Source: Camelus dromedarius (taxonomy: Eukaryota). Taken from it: a DNA stretch of 64,000 bases. Within the stretch, counting starts at the first letter, position 1. Every line of letters begins with the position of its first letter. Below are positions 26,441 through 39,500 of this stretch, piece after piece. The notes under the pieces were generated by a model, which was not told where the DNA came from, ran no database searches, and saw only the letters and a list, made by a program, of their open reading frames with translations. The translations under genes were made by a program, and so were the position numbers. Where the stretch lies: NCBI RefSeq assembly GCF_036321535.1, contig NC_087436.1:78370001-78434000 (forward strand), in the 5' to 3' direction.

Positions 26441-29400
26441 ATAATCATTAATGGAAGCCTTCAGTATCAACAAAGATACAGGGAGTGAGAAGGGCCATGC
26501 CTTTGCCTTGATGGTGGAAGAGTCATTACAGAGATGATTAATGTATATGAGTCTTGGATGCTTCCTTACACTGGTGAGGGCATCACAGTTAACACCTAGC
26601 TTGCCCTACAAAGAGTGGAGTTGAAGTCTTAGCTCCATGGCTTCCTGGTGATGGTTATCTTGGCACATTCACATTCGCTTTATCTCTCTGAACCTCGGCT
26701 TCTAATCTGTCAAGTGAGGATGATAGTGCTTCAAAGCTCTTTAAGAGGACTCAATCAAAGTGCTTCAAAATCTCAAAGCACTGTGCCAAAAGTTTGTTGA
26801 TTATTCTCTCCACCAGCAGCAAGGAGACCCCATGTGACATAAAATCCTGGGCAATCACTCCAACATATTGTACCTCAGGAATAGTTTGTCTAGAGAGAAA
26901 AACCAATTTGTTCTCTACAGATCTTGGCTTGGGAGCTCTTCATCTAGTGATTAAGGAACTTGAAGGAAGAGATGGGGATGGTTTGAGATGGCAGGTGGGA
27001 TTTATGCTAATTTTGTGGGACAAAGAAGGCCTTGGAAATAATTTCGGAAACAGATCATCAAAGCTGCTCCCATTTGTTATCATGTTCATCTGCAAGGCCA
27101 GAAATGGGAAGGACCTTTACTAATAATGGAATTTTTCATTTAAATAACACTACTAATATTTTACGGCATTTAGGTATACCTTGTATTATTCCAAACTGTA
27201 TTTAAGGCAAGATACCTCAAATTTTTTGCACTATTTTATGATTTTCAAAGCATTTCATAATTCGTGATTTCAATTGATGGTGTTTTTATAGTGCTATCTT
27301 CTAAATTCTATTGAGAATGACATATATAGGAAAAGGTGATAAATAATTTTTATTATCTGCAAGGCTATTGGACAATTTTAAACCCAAGCTATTTACCAAT
27401 AGCTAATATTTCTCAATTCCCTGTTCCTTTGTTTTTCCATCTGTAACTAGAGTAAAATAACCCCCTACTGTTTCTCCATTTCTAATAAAATTATGTATGT
27501 GAGGTGTTTTGGTGAATTCTAAAGAGCTGCTATTATTGTCTCTTATCCATCAACTCTGCTAGGTGAGGGCAGATTTCTTGGTCATTCTAACGTGCAGTAA
27601 TTCCAAATCAAAGATGTAATCCAAGGTAAGCCAAGTAAAGTCTCTCTACCTATCCAAGAAGTTGTCGCACATAAGGGAAGTCCACACAACATGCAGAGAC
27701 AGGGAGCTACATTAACTGGGAACCCCCGAGGGTCCACCCAGCTGCTTGGACATCCAACCTGGCACTGAGCAAATGGACTCCTAAAAATCACAGTCGGCAT
27801 CAGGGTACTCACCCAGCCATCTGACTCACTCACAGCATCTGGGCACAAGAAAATTTTATTTCCCAAATCCCTCTTCCCTGCCCTCATCTTCCCCAGCCAC
27901 ACACACAAACAATCTGGACAGTCCATAAGGTAGAGAATAATTTTAGGGGCTTCCCTAGGGTCTGGCTGGATGCTTTCCAATCATTTTTTTCTGGCCTGTG
28001 AAATCAGATGCACTATTTCTTTATACATGAGAAAAAAATGAAATCAGTTTCTATTTGCAGAGTGAGATGGAAAAAATGAAAATTGCACACAGCTATGTCA
28101 CAGACTCTTAGAAAGGACTTCCCTAAACTAGAGGAGAGGAAGGAGGCAAAAGGGAAACTCAAAAGGCAAGGAAGTTCAATCTGTTAACCCTTGAGAAGTG
28201 GCCCATGAGCTTGGTTTCACATACATAAGCACATTTAAGGTTTTGGAGCAAAGTTGGTAAGTAAAATCAGTGAGATTTCTGGATTCATTTTAACCACTGA
28301 TTATGATGTGGTTCAATCACCATGGCCATTCCAGGATCAAGTCACTGTATGTCTTTGTGTCTTTCTGTCTTTGTGTGGCTATGCATGTGGTCTGACCTCT
28401 CCCACACTACCCCACCTTCTCTGAACAGACACACAATACATTTTAACACACATGAAATTTGGTTAAAATAAATATCAAGAATAAGCTTGTTGGGCCAAAA
28501 AAAAAAATGGCTTGGGGGTTAGATTTCACAAAAGGCCTACCCTAATTCAAAAATGGAATAGGAAAGAAGGAAATTGACAAGATAATATGGGGCCAGTTTT
28601 ATGTACCCAAATGTGGTTACAAATGAAGTCACCTTATCACTTATATCCCAGTTTTGCTAGCTACATAATTCCATCCCCATTCTGAGCACATCAGATTCTT
28701 TTCCAAGGATCCCTTCCTCCTTTGGTATCAGTAGGTGTCCTCTGGAGGAAATTACATCATATGAGCTCTCAAACCAGTCCAAACACCTATCAGACCGTGC
28801 TGGCTGCAGGTTGTCTGGGTGTCTGTTCTGCTCCTGCCAGACCATCAGTGCTCCCCTTGCATTGAAAAGGCTCCCTCCTCTGAGTTCTACTCTCGGAAAT
28901 GGCCCCATAACAAGGTTGCTTGAGTCATTGTATGTCAGACTCTTTTTCCTGGCACAGGGTAGACTCAGGGGGACAGAGGGAATAGGGAGTGAATTCAAAC
29001 AACAGCCACTATATGTTTCTTCAATCTATAATCCTACACTCTGAGACCCTCTTTCTGAGTCTGGTCCAGCAGTCCTTCCCTGCAATTTGCCTTCTGTCAC
29101 CGCTATCTGCATTCCTTCCCCCATGTTGATAGAATTTCATTCATAAACTTAGTTCAAGTTTAGTTATCAAAAAGTGCATTATTCCCTAAGGAAACCTCTG
29201 GATACAAAGAGATCCCAGGGGTTATCACACAAGGGTCAAAGTTCTAGCTGTAAATTATGACTGCTTCATATTTCCTTCTCTATCTTTCAAACAGAAGCAA
29301 TTCTCTTCTTTATCATTCATACCATCCCGAATAGCCCACTGGCCAGCAGGTCCCTGCTTGCCCAGGATGCCAAGTATACACCTTATGTTTCTGTCCTCTT

Positions 29401-30329
29401 CATCACAGGACCAGTGATGGCAATTCACATTTGTATAATGCTTGATATTTCATAAAGGACTTTCACATTTATTACCACACTAGAGCCTCACATCATTTCT
29501 GTGAGTAAAGCAAATCAAGTATTGATCCTTGCAATTTAGAGCTATGAAAATTGACACTCCGAGAGGTAAGGAGATTTCCTCCAGTTGCATTCAGCTAGTG
29601 AGGAGATGAGCCAGGCTCAGAATCCAGATCTTAAGGCTCCGGGTATAGGTTCTTTGCAATTCATAACGCTGACTCTCTTTAGTTTTCAGCCCATGTGCCT
29701 CTCTGTAGGCATCCTCACTAGACTTTCAACCAAATTCAAATAATCTCCATGACAGTAAATTCCCATGCTCTCAGTCCATCTAACAGAGTTTTCCAGGGAA
29801 GCAGGGCATCATTACTGCCTCTTTCCCACTGGAAATGATAAGGCAGCCCACTGGGTAAATGTTCTTTGGAGTAAATTAATTTCGGAATAATCTAACCTGA
29901 CTTTAAGCCAGAATTCTCCATCAACAGCTTAGAACATAAAAGTCTGAGGACTAAAATCTTGACTTATGGCATGGATTTGCTTCACTTGACCTATTTTGAG
30001 GATACATGTTCTGCAAACCAATTGAAAAATTAAAAATACGCTTTGTTTAATTGTATTGCAATCTATGGTCGAATTCCATTTAAATGGCATTTACAACTGG
30101 CACATTTTTCAAGTCCTGCTTCTGCCACAGTTGCATGTAAAAGTGCATTGTCATCATTCATCCAACTGCAGCCTAAGTTAGCATCAACATACATCCCACA
30201 GATGAGGGGGCAAGTCACTGAAGGACAGTGGCTGTCATATTTCCATGAAATACAATTAAATATATGCAGAAATAAGTCAGTTCCCAGATTTTGATAAAAC
30301 AGTATATGGCATGTTTTCAAAATTAATAA

Positions 30330-31510
30330 GCATTGATTGAGCACCTATATTGTGTTCAGCACTGTAGAGAATTCAGAAAAGTATAAGGTATGTTCTAAAA
30401 TAGTCAAAGAAGAGAGAATACTCAGGGTATGGGGATCAAGGTGAAAATGTATGTTATAGTAACTATAATGATTATTATTATTTATTTTTGTCAATTACCA
30501 CATGCCAGGTACTATGCTAAGTATTTTATTTGAATTATCTAATCCTCATAACAACTCAGTAAGATAACTACTATTATCATTTTAATTTTGCAGAAAATAA
30601 AAGTGAGACACAAGCAAGTAATTTACTTAATTAAGGGCACATTGTTAGGAAGTGAGGGAGCTAAGATTGGAAGTCAATCTTAGCATTTGATTTGCCAGCC
30701 TGTGTACTCCTAGCCTCTTTGCTTTATTTAGGGAAGGCTTCATGAAGGGCTGGGTCTTTACTACAGCTCTGAAGATTCGATAGCGTTTAGGTAGGAAGAA
30801 TGGAAAGAATGAGGAGAGGTCCTCACACAGCAGGATAGACAAAGAGCATAAACAAAGGCACAGGGCAAGAAGCGACACGGGAGGATCCCTGAAGGAAGTC
30901 AACGGCAGGAAGCAAAGTTGGGTGGGCAGGGTGAGACACTTAAGTGAATACCTTACAAACAACCTAGGCAGAATTTAGAGCCCTGAGCCTTTGGAAATAG
31001 AAAGTCATGAAGACTCTCACACAGGAAAGTAACAATGAAAAGGCTCTGTGGTACACTAGCAGCGCATCCAGGAAAAGGGGCGAGGAGGGAGACTTCAGGG
31101 AAGCAAGCTAATTAGGGGCTTATGGAGAAATCCCCTACAGACCCCACCAGAGCTTGGTCATAGCACATACTCAATAAATGCTTGTCAGGTCAGTGGATGA
31201 TGACTAGTAGGAATAAAAAGAAAGCCATAAAGGCAAGAAAAAATCTACAGGAGTCACTGACAAACTGTTCACGAAGGAAAAAGAAAAGGAAGGAAGGAAA
31301 GATGGTACCAAAATGCTACTCTGAGTAAAAAAAAAAAAAAAAGACATGTGGACGTGTGGGGCTTTTGGCTGACGATGGAGTTAGAAGGAGAAGTGGGTTT
31401 CACGTGGGAGCAGGATGATGAGTCCTCTGTTTTGGTTTGAAAATGTAGAGGTTTGAAAGAGACATAGAATATCGTTAATATACTATAGGTATTTGGAGAA
31501 ATAGGCCTAG
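30330..31510. mobile_element. L2 fragments with an embedded MIR (~30480-30720)
   Basis: L2-like motifs CATTGATTGAGCACCTATA, GGAAGGCTTCATGAAG and CTCAATAAATGCTTG. MIR motif AATCCTCATAACAACTC. Confidence 0.55.
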
Positions 31511-32458
31511 AATACTTTTAAGACTCTCCAAGGGTGGAAAGCACAGTCCTTACTCCTCACAAAATTCAAATTAAAGTTGTACTTTTATTTATAGGCCACT
31601 TCCATAGGCAACTCTAAGTAGGTAGAGCTTTCCTAATATAAACATCACTACTAGACCTATTGTGTCTTATCAAAGATTTGCAAAGTAGAAATTCATAATG
31701 TACAAGAACATCACTACAAATTGAAAAGACCTAAGCAGAAGGAAATAAACCAAAGAGTTAAGCTCCTAACCCTGCTCCCTGTGACATGCAGCCAGCACTG
31801 GCGATCTGACAGATGTGAAACACCAGCCTTTCCTTATCAAAATACAAAAAAAGGAGAAAATCATGTAACAGTTTCTCAGCACGCAGCCATTAGACAGATG
31901 TAATCATAATGGGACCAAATATTCTTATAAGTGAAATGCGTGCATTTAGGACCACATGCAGGGTTTAAAAGCAGCTAACACAAAAGGTAAGCAGAGTTGC
32001 CCGTGTGTATATAATGGCTCAGATGTGGTAGAGACATCCAGTTGGCCCTCAAATCAACTGAATGGTAAATTTAAAAGGCAAACTCAGTACCCATTAGCTT
32101 AAAATTCAAATGACCCTCATAGGAATCCCAGCTGTGGCAACAGGAGCTATTATTCTTAAAGTAAACTTATCCTTTATGATCATCCACCAACATCCAATCA
32201 CTGAAGCTACCGCCACACTCATCCAAGTTATTTGCTTTCAAAACAGCCAGACCACATGGTTCATCCTTTAGATGCTTGAAGCCGATCAGAATGATCAAGT
32301 GGATGAGAGTGTGCAAGATTCATTTAAACCAACAAAGGAGCTCATTGTAATGGATAAAATCAAGATCTTCACCAGGCAAATTAGAGGGAAGAAACTGCTT
32401 CAAAGCATAACTCCCTTCAAGGGGGAAGGGATAGGGTCAATTAAAATATATAACTGGA

Positions 32459-32592
32459 GGGGGTGGATGGTATAGTTCAGTGGTAGAACATGTGCTTGTC
32501 ATGCACAAGGTCCTGGGTTCAATCACCAGTGCCTCTCTTAAAGGGAAAAAAAGAAAAAATAAAACAACAACAACAACAACAAATATATATAT
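32459..32592 (+). mobile_element. tRNA-Ala-derived SINE (Vic-1-like), more diverged copy
   Basis: GGTATAGTTCAGTGGTAGAACATGTGCTTGTCATGCACAAGGTCCTGGGTTCAATCACCAGTGCCTC with an A/CAA/TA tail. TSD ATATATAA(C/A)TGGA at 32446-32458 and 32593-32605. Confidence 0.85.
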
Positions 32593-32991
32593 ATATATAA
32601 ATGGAAAGACCCACTAAATGTAGGCTAGGAAGTCAATCCAACCCATGGAGCAAATTTGTTGTTACCAGATGCAAAGAGAGAAATAAACTGAAATTTGAGT
32701 ACAGTGTTCAAAATAAAAAACCATGTCATGAAATATGCCCATGTAACCTGACCAAACCTTTTACCCAATTTAGAGGCAGGATATTCATCAAAAGTTATTT
32801 GGTAAGTTAGATGTTTAAAACTCTGAAAATATTTTCTCCCCCCAAAATAATGTTCTGCATGGTGACTGGCTTCCCAAGATAGACCAAAAAAAAAAATCCC
32901 CCAATGTATAGTACAGTAATGTGCAAGTACAGTTTGGGGATAATGAAGTGATACAAACTGTTCTGTGCAAATAGAATCTTACCATCCCATA

Positions 32992-33258
32992 CAGCAGCGC
33001 TTTTCAATTTATGAGTCACAACTCATGAAATCAATTCAGTGAGTCTTTCCCAGTTTAATTCTTAATAGAATGGACGAAATGGAACGGAAAGGAAAGAACA
33101 GAATTGCATACATCAGAGTACATCCCCATCATAAGGAAAAGTATTATTCTTGAAACTTAATTTCAGAGTTATAGGTATAAATAGCTATGTGCATTCAGTA
33201 TTGCTAAGTAAAAGATATTTCTGACTGTGGGTCACAGCCATAACTGTTTGAATGTCTC
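32992..33258. mobile_element. hAT-Charlie-type non-autonomous DNA transposon remnant
   Basis: CAGCAGCGCTTTTCAA start and TGTGGGTCAC...GTTTGAATGTCTCT end resemble degenerate Charlie termini. Confidence 0.5.
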
Positions 33259-33636
33259 TTAGCAAGGCTTCCATGGGGCATCTAGCACAAAGCTGGCATT
33301 TAACATTTGTTAAATGAGTAAATGACTGAGTGAACCAGCGAACACGTGAAGAATGAATAAACAGAATGCCAGTAATACGCCTCTCTCAGCCACAGCTCTG
33401 GCACTTGGAGTGGGAAGTTTGCTAGCTTTATCATCACTTATCAAGCCTGCTCACTAGTCAGGCATTGGGTATAGACAGCTGCTCGGCTGCAAGTCCCTAG
33501 AGGTGGTACCCTTGGCCTGGGACAGGACCTCTGGCACAGTAGCTATAAAGAGGGAAGGATGGGGACAAGTCTTCCCCAGCTGAGAGGGATTGGTCTCTAG
33601 GAGCTGGGTGCTGAGGGGAAGAGGAAGAAGGTAAGA

Positions 33637-33712
33637 CAGGGTTGCCAGATGTAGCAAATAAAAATACCAGATGCTGGTTAAATTGGAATTTCTGACAAGC
33701 AACAAATAATTC
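33637..33712. mobile_element. MER53-like hAT fragment
   Basis: CAGGGTTGCCAGATGTAGCAAATAAAAATAC...GTTAAATTGGAATTTC. A related fragment lies at ~62435-62520. Confidence 0.65.
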
Positions 33713-33754
33713 AAGGGCAAAGAAAGTCATGAACTTTCAGGAATGAAAGATCAG

Positions 33755-34700
33755 TTCAACCCATCAGACATTTATCTGGTGCAAAACTATGTGTAAAATC
33801 CTCTGCTAGGTGCTATGAGGGGAAAAAGTACTCAGCTCTTGAGGCTGAAGAGGTCAGAGACACACAGGCAGGAACCTCAGCAAATACCATGCATTGAGCC
33901 CTATTCCAAGTACTTTCCAGGCATTAACTCATTTGGCCCTCACCGCCCTGCTGTTATCATTCAGCACTGCTATTATCCCCATTGAACACAGAAAACTGAA
34001 GCACTGAGAAGTTACAAGAGAAAGTTGTCCAAGGTCTCATAGAGAAACAAACACAACTAACATCAGTGGGCCTGTGTGGGGAGCTGGATGATGCCCAAGG
34101 GGTGGATCTGGAGATAAGATTTGAGCTGAAGAAAGGAGAGACATCAATAGGTGAATATTAGGGGAAGAATATTCCAGGCAGAGGAACAGCCAGGAGTTGA
34201 GAGGACATGATCAGGAAATCGGAATAGACTAAAGTTTCTGGAATACTGGAAAGATAAGAGGAGGAAGGTAAGACTGGACAAGAAAATGAGGTAGGAATAC
34301 ACTGTCGAGGGGAATCATGCACCCTGCTGAACCTGCATGCAATGGTGAACCACCAAAGGATCTGGGATCTATAAATGGGATACTGTGTTGAATTGGGCTA
34401 TTAAGGAAGATGACTTTGGCTATAGTCCAAAAGACAGAGTGGGTGAGACAGAGATCAGAGGCAAGAAAAAGATGAGGTAAATCAATCCCAGCTGGCTGGC
34501 AAGGCATGCCACATCAGAGTCCAGGATTTACCTCCCAGATCAGACCCTTAGTAGGTAGTGACCTTGGACAATTCATGTAATGACTGAGCCTTGGCTTCCT
34601 CATTTCTGCAACAGGGACGACAACACGACTTCCTTCTCAATATTATAGGAGAGTAAGACAGGACAACATACAGGAAATGCTCCACAGATGGAAGTTGCCT
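33755..34700. mobile_element. Cluster of L2 and MIR fragments
   Basis: L2 motif AATATTCCAGGCAGAGGAACAGC. MIR motifs GTGACCTTGGACAA and GAAAACTGAAGCACTGAGAAGTTA. Confidence 0.6.
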
Positions 34701-37700
34701 GTGAAGGGTCACCACGATTGACCCTGAATCTTTCCCTTAACAATCCCTCTGAGTTCAGTCAACCTTGGATTGAACCCTTCCAGGAGTAAGGTACTTATGC
34801 CATCCCAGTGGTACCACAGTGAGAGTGAAGCAACGAAAGAAAGAAACTGAAAGAGTGGGGGGCTGCCTTTCCTACTTCCAAAGAGAAAGAGTACATCTAG
34901 AAAGGAAGCTGAGGTAGAACACAAAAAGCAAAACAAAGCAAAACCCTAAACACCAAGTCACCACAGTTGAGGAGTTGAGGGAGGTGAACCTTGAGATCCT
35001 CACGGTAGCCCATATTACCAGAGTGGCGTTAAGCAAATTACCTAAACTCTCTAAACCTTAATTTTCTCCATCTGGAAAACATGGCTGTTAACACCTATAC
35101 TGTGAAACTATTGAGAGGATAGCTGATACCAGGTATATTATGCCCTTGGAATAATGCCTGGCCCAGAGAAGGCAATAAGTGATAGTTATTATGTATTATG
35201 GATAAATTTAAATAAAGCTGTAGTTGCAGTGAGGCAGAAGTACTGGTGGGATCAGAAAAGAGAATGTGGAAATAAGTAAATATCCACGAGGAGCAACAAT
35301 TCTAGAGACCACATCCATGAACAGTGGGCGTGGAGCTGACAGCCTTTTTCTGTGGAGCCAGATGTGTTCTGTCCAGCAGGGCTGCTGAAAGGTCCCCCCA
35401 CCATTAAATGACAAAGGATGGAAGGATTAAAAATGCAGGTTTGTAGACTGAGGGAAGAGAGGCCTGGAAGAAGAAAAAGCCATCACCTCTGACTATGTAA
35501 TTCTGTCACTTCCTGTCCTGGAGCCCGACCCATCACTACTAGCCCTGAGGTACAACGCAAAGCAACACTGAGGCTGGAGGAGGGAGACAGGTTCATAATA
35601 CACCAGAGCTTAAAGGCGAAGGTATGGGTGCCAGGGCCAGACATCCATCCACCCAAGCACACAGGACACATATAAGCAGAACCTGCTAGGTTTGAAACCC
35701 CTAGCTGTGTGCTCAGCAAGCCCCACCTTTCTAGACAGCTGGATACCCAGCAAGCCCACTCATTCTGCAGGGGCCCTGCCTTGGTGGGGCGCCAACATCA
35801 TTCCAAACATCTAGCCCGGTGCTCAGGGCACTGATGCGGCTGGGGTAAACTTGGCATCCTTTGCTTTTTCTTGAAATTTTAAAATTACTTCTCAAAGACT
35901 TGGTTTGTAAACTTAAATACTTGACAAAGAAGAAGGAAAGGATAACAAAAAGATCATGAAGACATCCTGTGTTTCAAACGCACACCATCCGTCCTTAGCC
36001 TCTGAAGATGACGCAGCAGAGCACGCACGGGCGACGTCTTTCAAGCACAGTGACTTTTTGCTCCCATGTTCTCCATAACCTGTCACCCAGTTGTCAGACA
36101 ACTGCAAACACACAAGAGGTCCCATCGGGACTCAGTACTCTTTCAGGCAGAATCTCCTCTGTGCAAGCCTATTTGGCCTGTGCAGGGAGAAACTACATTC
36201 TTGGCCCACCTCCTGACCAAAATGAAACCAAAGACCACGCGCTGTGAAAACATCCATCTCCACTCTTGATCTCCCTGAAACTAAAGGTAACCTCCGAAGT
36301 TAGAATGAGAGCATTTGGTGGAAATGAAAAGCTGCCTAAAATCCTCTCACATCCTAGCACTGCCTCCACTTTTAGGATATGAATATTTAGAAAGGTTTAA
36401 GAACCTCTTTCTCACACATTTCTCTCCTTCCCAGATGCAGAGAGCTCTCAACAACTGCCTCTTCATTTATGAGTAAGAGTGTGCTGAAGGGTGTTATTGC
36501 CTGAGCAGAAAGCATTCTCGAAACACATTACTGACTCAGTTACTCATTTCTCTGGGAGCAAAGGTTTTCCCCCACAGGTAGGAAACGGATGATCACTTAA
36601 CACTTCCAGCAACAGTGATTAAAAGTGATACCCGGGTGAAGTATTTGGGGTTGATTCAGCCAACACTGAATCAATCATCTGTAGAAAGGAGAGAGCAGAT
36701 GCTACAGCAGCGCCTGCCTCAAGTTTGTTATTAAAATAACACAGAGCAAGATGTAAGGAGTTACCAAGCACCGAATTCCCTTTCCCTAGAGCTCTTCAAA
36801 GACAAAACAGCCACTCATTTTCTCAACTGTCAAAATAGGTCTGTGACTAGTTTTTGAGGCCCCCTCCTCCCAGCAATGACTGGGAGCCAATTGTTCTAAG
36901 AAATCAAGGTGGGGCATCAATTGGCTGGAGTATAAAACAGGCAAAAATATACAACCCAAAAGCAGCACATACAACCGAAATTGCTCGGCATGGGATCTGG
37001 TAATTTAAGAACAAAAATCCAAATACAAGTGAAGAGAAAGCCAAGGAGAAAAGCAATTTTAAAGGAGTATCTCAGGTCTCTAGAACGACCCCCAGATGCT
37101 GCCTAACATTTACGTCACAGAGAAGCAAATGGGCAGAGATGCCATGTGCCACAGGAAGTAGCTAATTTTATCTGCAGTCCTGGACAACTTTTACTTCTCC
37201 CGGCTCCTCACAGTTGTTGAGATTTCAGGCTACCAAGTACCCAGGTATTTCAGTCTGGTTTCTCTCTAGCTGGTCAGGAAACTGCAGACAGAGGGCTGAG
37301 GCAGCTCCTGAAGCAACCTGGGTCTGGCAGGGAAAGTTGTCTGAGGCCTAGGACTGAGGGAGGAGTGCCGGGTAGGCACACGCTGCAGCACTGGTTAACC
37401 TGGCCACAGCCACCTTCCTCTGGTCCAGGCCCAGTAGTCAGTAGTCAGGCAGTCTGTTAGGGGAGGCCAGGAGTAGACAGAGACAAAAGATACACATTGT
37501 TCCCACTCGGAGCTGGGGGTTTGGGAGGCTGCCTCTGCACAGTGTGAATCTGTCCCCACTGAGTGGCCAATATAGGTTTCCTATAAAGCAGTTGATGCCA
37601 CCTTCGGCCCCAGGAGGGGAAGCAAGCCAGCATTCTCATAAACCACCCCTTGCAGGGATGCTTAGAGCAGCATCACCGCCACCTCAGACAGGTGTGAGCA

Positions 37701-38253
37701 ATTAGATGGACCTGCCTTCAGAACTGCGATTTGTTCACCTGACTTGGCATTTTAACCCTTCTCGTCCCCAATGTATCTCACTCCCAGAAGAAGAAATGAG
37801 TTAACTTCAACGGAGTTTGCGGTGTGCTGGAGATTGGGGGAGGGGAGTAGAGAAGGCGGGAAGGTGGGAACCTTCTGAAAGCTTGCACGTATTGCTTTTT
37901 TTTTTTTTTCAGGTGAAAAGGAAAAACATATTAGGCACCAAAGAGGGACGGCAGGATACCCCTCATTTTCGGACATTCGTGGTATTTTAGGTAAAGAGCA
38001 ACTCGCAAAACTCGTCCAGATTGACAGAAAACGTGTTGACCTGTCAACTGGAGAAGGGAGTAAAAAAAAGATTCACTGAATCCAGGGAAGCAAGAATTCA
38101 GGCTCCCGGGCTTCTGGTCTCCCCCGACCATCCTCCCTGCCCCACCCCAGACTTGCAGGTGGAAAGCAAGCAAGTGAGAAGGTACAGGGCCTCAGTCAGG
38201 GGTCGCCGGCCACCGCAGACGGCCGTCGCTGCGGGGACACACCCTCCACCTAC

Positions 38254-38322
38254 CTCAAACATGGGAGAGGCGCCCTTGCTCGGCAACGTGCAGCCCAAGA
38301 GCTTGGCGAGAAACTTTGCCAT
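38254..38322 (-). CDS. Possible coding start or uORF in exon 1: MAKFLAKLLGCTLPSKGASPMFE (23 codons, phase 0)
   Basis: ATG at 38322 has G at +4 but a pyrimidine at -3, and the frame is open up to the splice donor. I do not recognise the peptide. Confidence 0.25.
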
Positions 38323-38630
38323 ATACGAGCAGTGAGGCAGGGTCTCTCCCGAGGCGCCGGATCCGTCCTTTCCCTGCGCGAGAGCCGGAGCGGCGAGGTC
38401 TCATCCGCAGCCGGCCGGTCTGTGCGGCCCGGGGCTGAGGGCTGCCCGCGGCCGGGCCGGGCCCGGGCGGGGCCGGGGGCGAGCGCGCCGGCTGCCGGGC
38501 CGCCGCCGCCCGGGGTGCGGGGTGCGAGTGCGCGCGGCCAGGTCCACCGCCCGAGCCGCACGCGCCGCGGGAGCGGGGCGCTGCCGTCTGCGCTCGCCTT
38601 TCCCGCTGAATGTCACTATCACCAGAGTAA
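38254..38630 (-). other. Putative first exon of an unidentified minus-strand gene (5' boundary approximate)
   Basis: Donor GAG|GTAGGT at 38254/38253, at the edge of the CpG island. Downstream sequence is T-rich on the minus strand with antisense L1s, as expected of a long intron. Confidence 0.6.
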
Positions 38631-39319
38631 AGGGAAGGGCCCCGCCGAGGGGGTGGCGGGAGGGCCAACGCGCCGCAGGACGGGCGCCGCGCGCCGGCAA
38701 GGGCACCGGCGGGCAGAGCGCAGAGGCGCGGGCACTGGCGGCCCGGCTCCGGGCACCACGCCTCGGCCACGCCACTCGGCTGTGGCCGAGGCCTGACGCT
38801 CCGCGGGAGAGCTAGAGGCGAAGGCCGGGAGGGTCTGCTTACCGGGCCGGCCGGGGTGACCCGCTTCCCCAGTTCCCCTCTCCGCGCCGAAGGAGGTGGA
38901 AAAGGCTGCCTCAGGCCGGGGCTGACCGGCGGGTTACCGCTGCAAAGCACGAGCTGCCCGCAGGGGCTCCCGGGCGGCCTGCGCCAGCCCCACCCTCCCT
39001 CTGGGAAACGGAAGGCTCCCGAAGCCTGGGAGGGGGAACTCCCGCACACGTTCTCACCTTAACCCCTGTGACTGAATGGGGCAGGCACAGGTAAGCCCCA
39101 GAAGGGGGAAGGTGACTTTGCAGGCACAGGAGCTGGGCCAGATGCGCTCCATAATCACAGCCTTGGCTGGGGTCGCAGGTTCCGGTGGGGTGGGGGAGAC
39201 GGCCAGGTGACCGATACACGCAGGTATGCCCTGTTTCTCTTTCCAAACCTGTAAGGCTTGTCTTTTAATAAGGGAGATATTTTTAGGACACAGAGCCTAT
39301 GTTATATCTTTATTTCGTA

Positions 39320-39500
39320 TCCTTTCAAACTTTAAGTGTGCATGAGAATAACCCGGAGAACTTGGTTAAAACCAGAAGTCCTGGGCCCCAACTCCCAGTG
39401 TTTCTGATTCAGAAGGTTTGGGGCAGCCTCAGGATCTGCTTTTTCACTGAGCAGATTCTGATGCAGGTGGTGCCCAGGCTGGACTTTGAAACATTGTGCT
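39320..39500. mobile_element. MER5-type DNA transposon
   Basis: TTTCAAACTTTAAGTGTGCATGAGAATAACC...TTTCTGATTCAG...GATTCTGATGCAGGTGGT...GACTTTGA. Confidence 0.8.

Larger units (their letters stand above)
38190..39200. promoter_or_regulatory. CpG island promoter, probably bidirectional
   Basis: About 1 kb of very high GC and CpG density in a window that is otherwise CpG-depleted. GC box GGGCGGGG at 38465-38472. Splice donors point outward on both strands. Confidence 0.92.

Noticed and set aside
38255..39049. 264-aa minus-strand ORF and other long overlapping ORFs in the CpG island
   Set aside because: They are rich in Arg/Pro/Gly/Ala, mostly start at non-ATG codons and are open on both strands. 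This is the expected effect of stop-codon scarcity in very GC-rich DNA.
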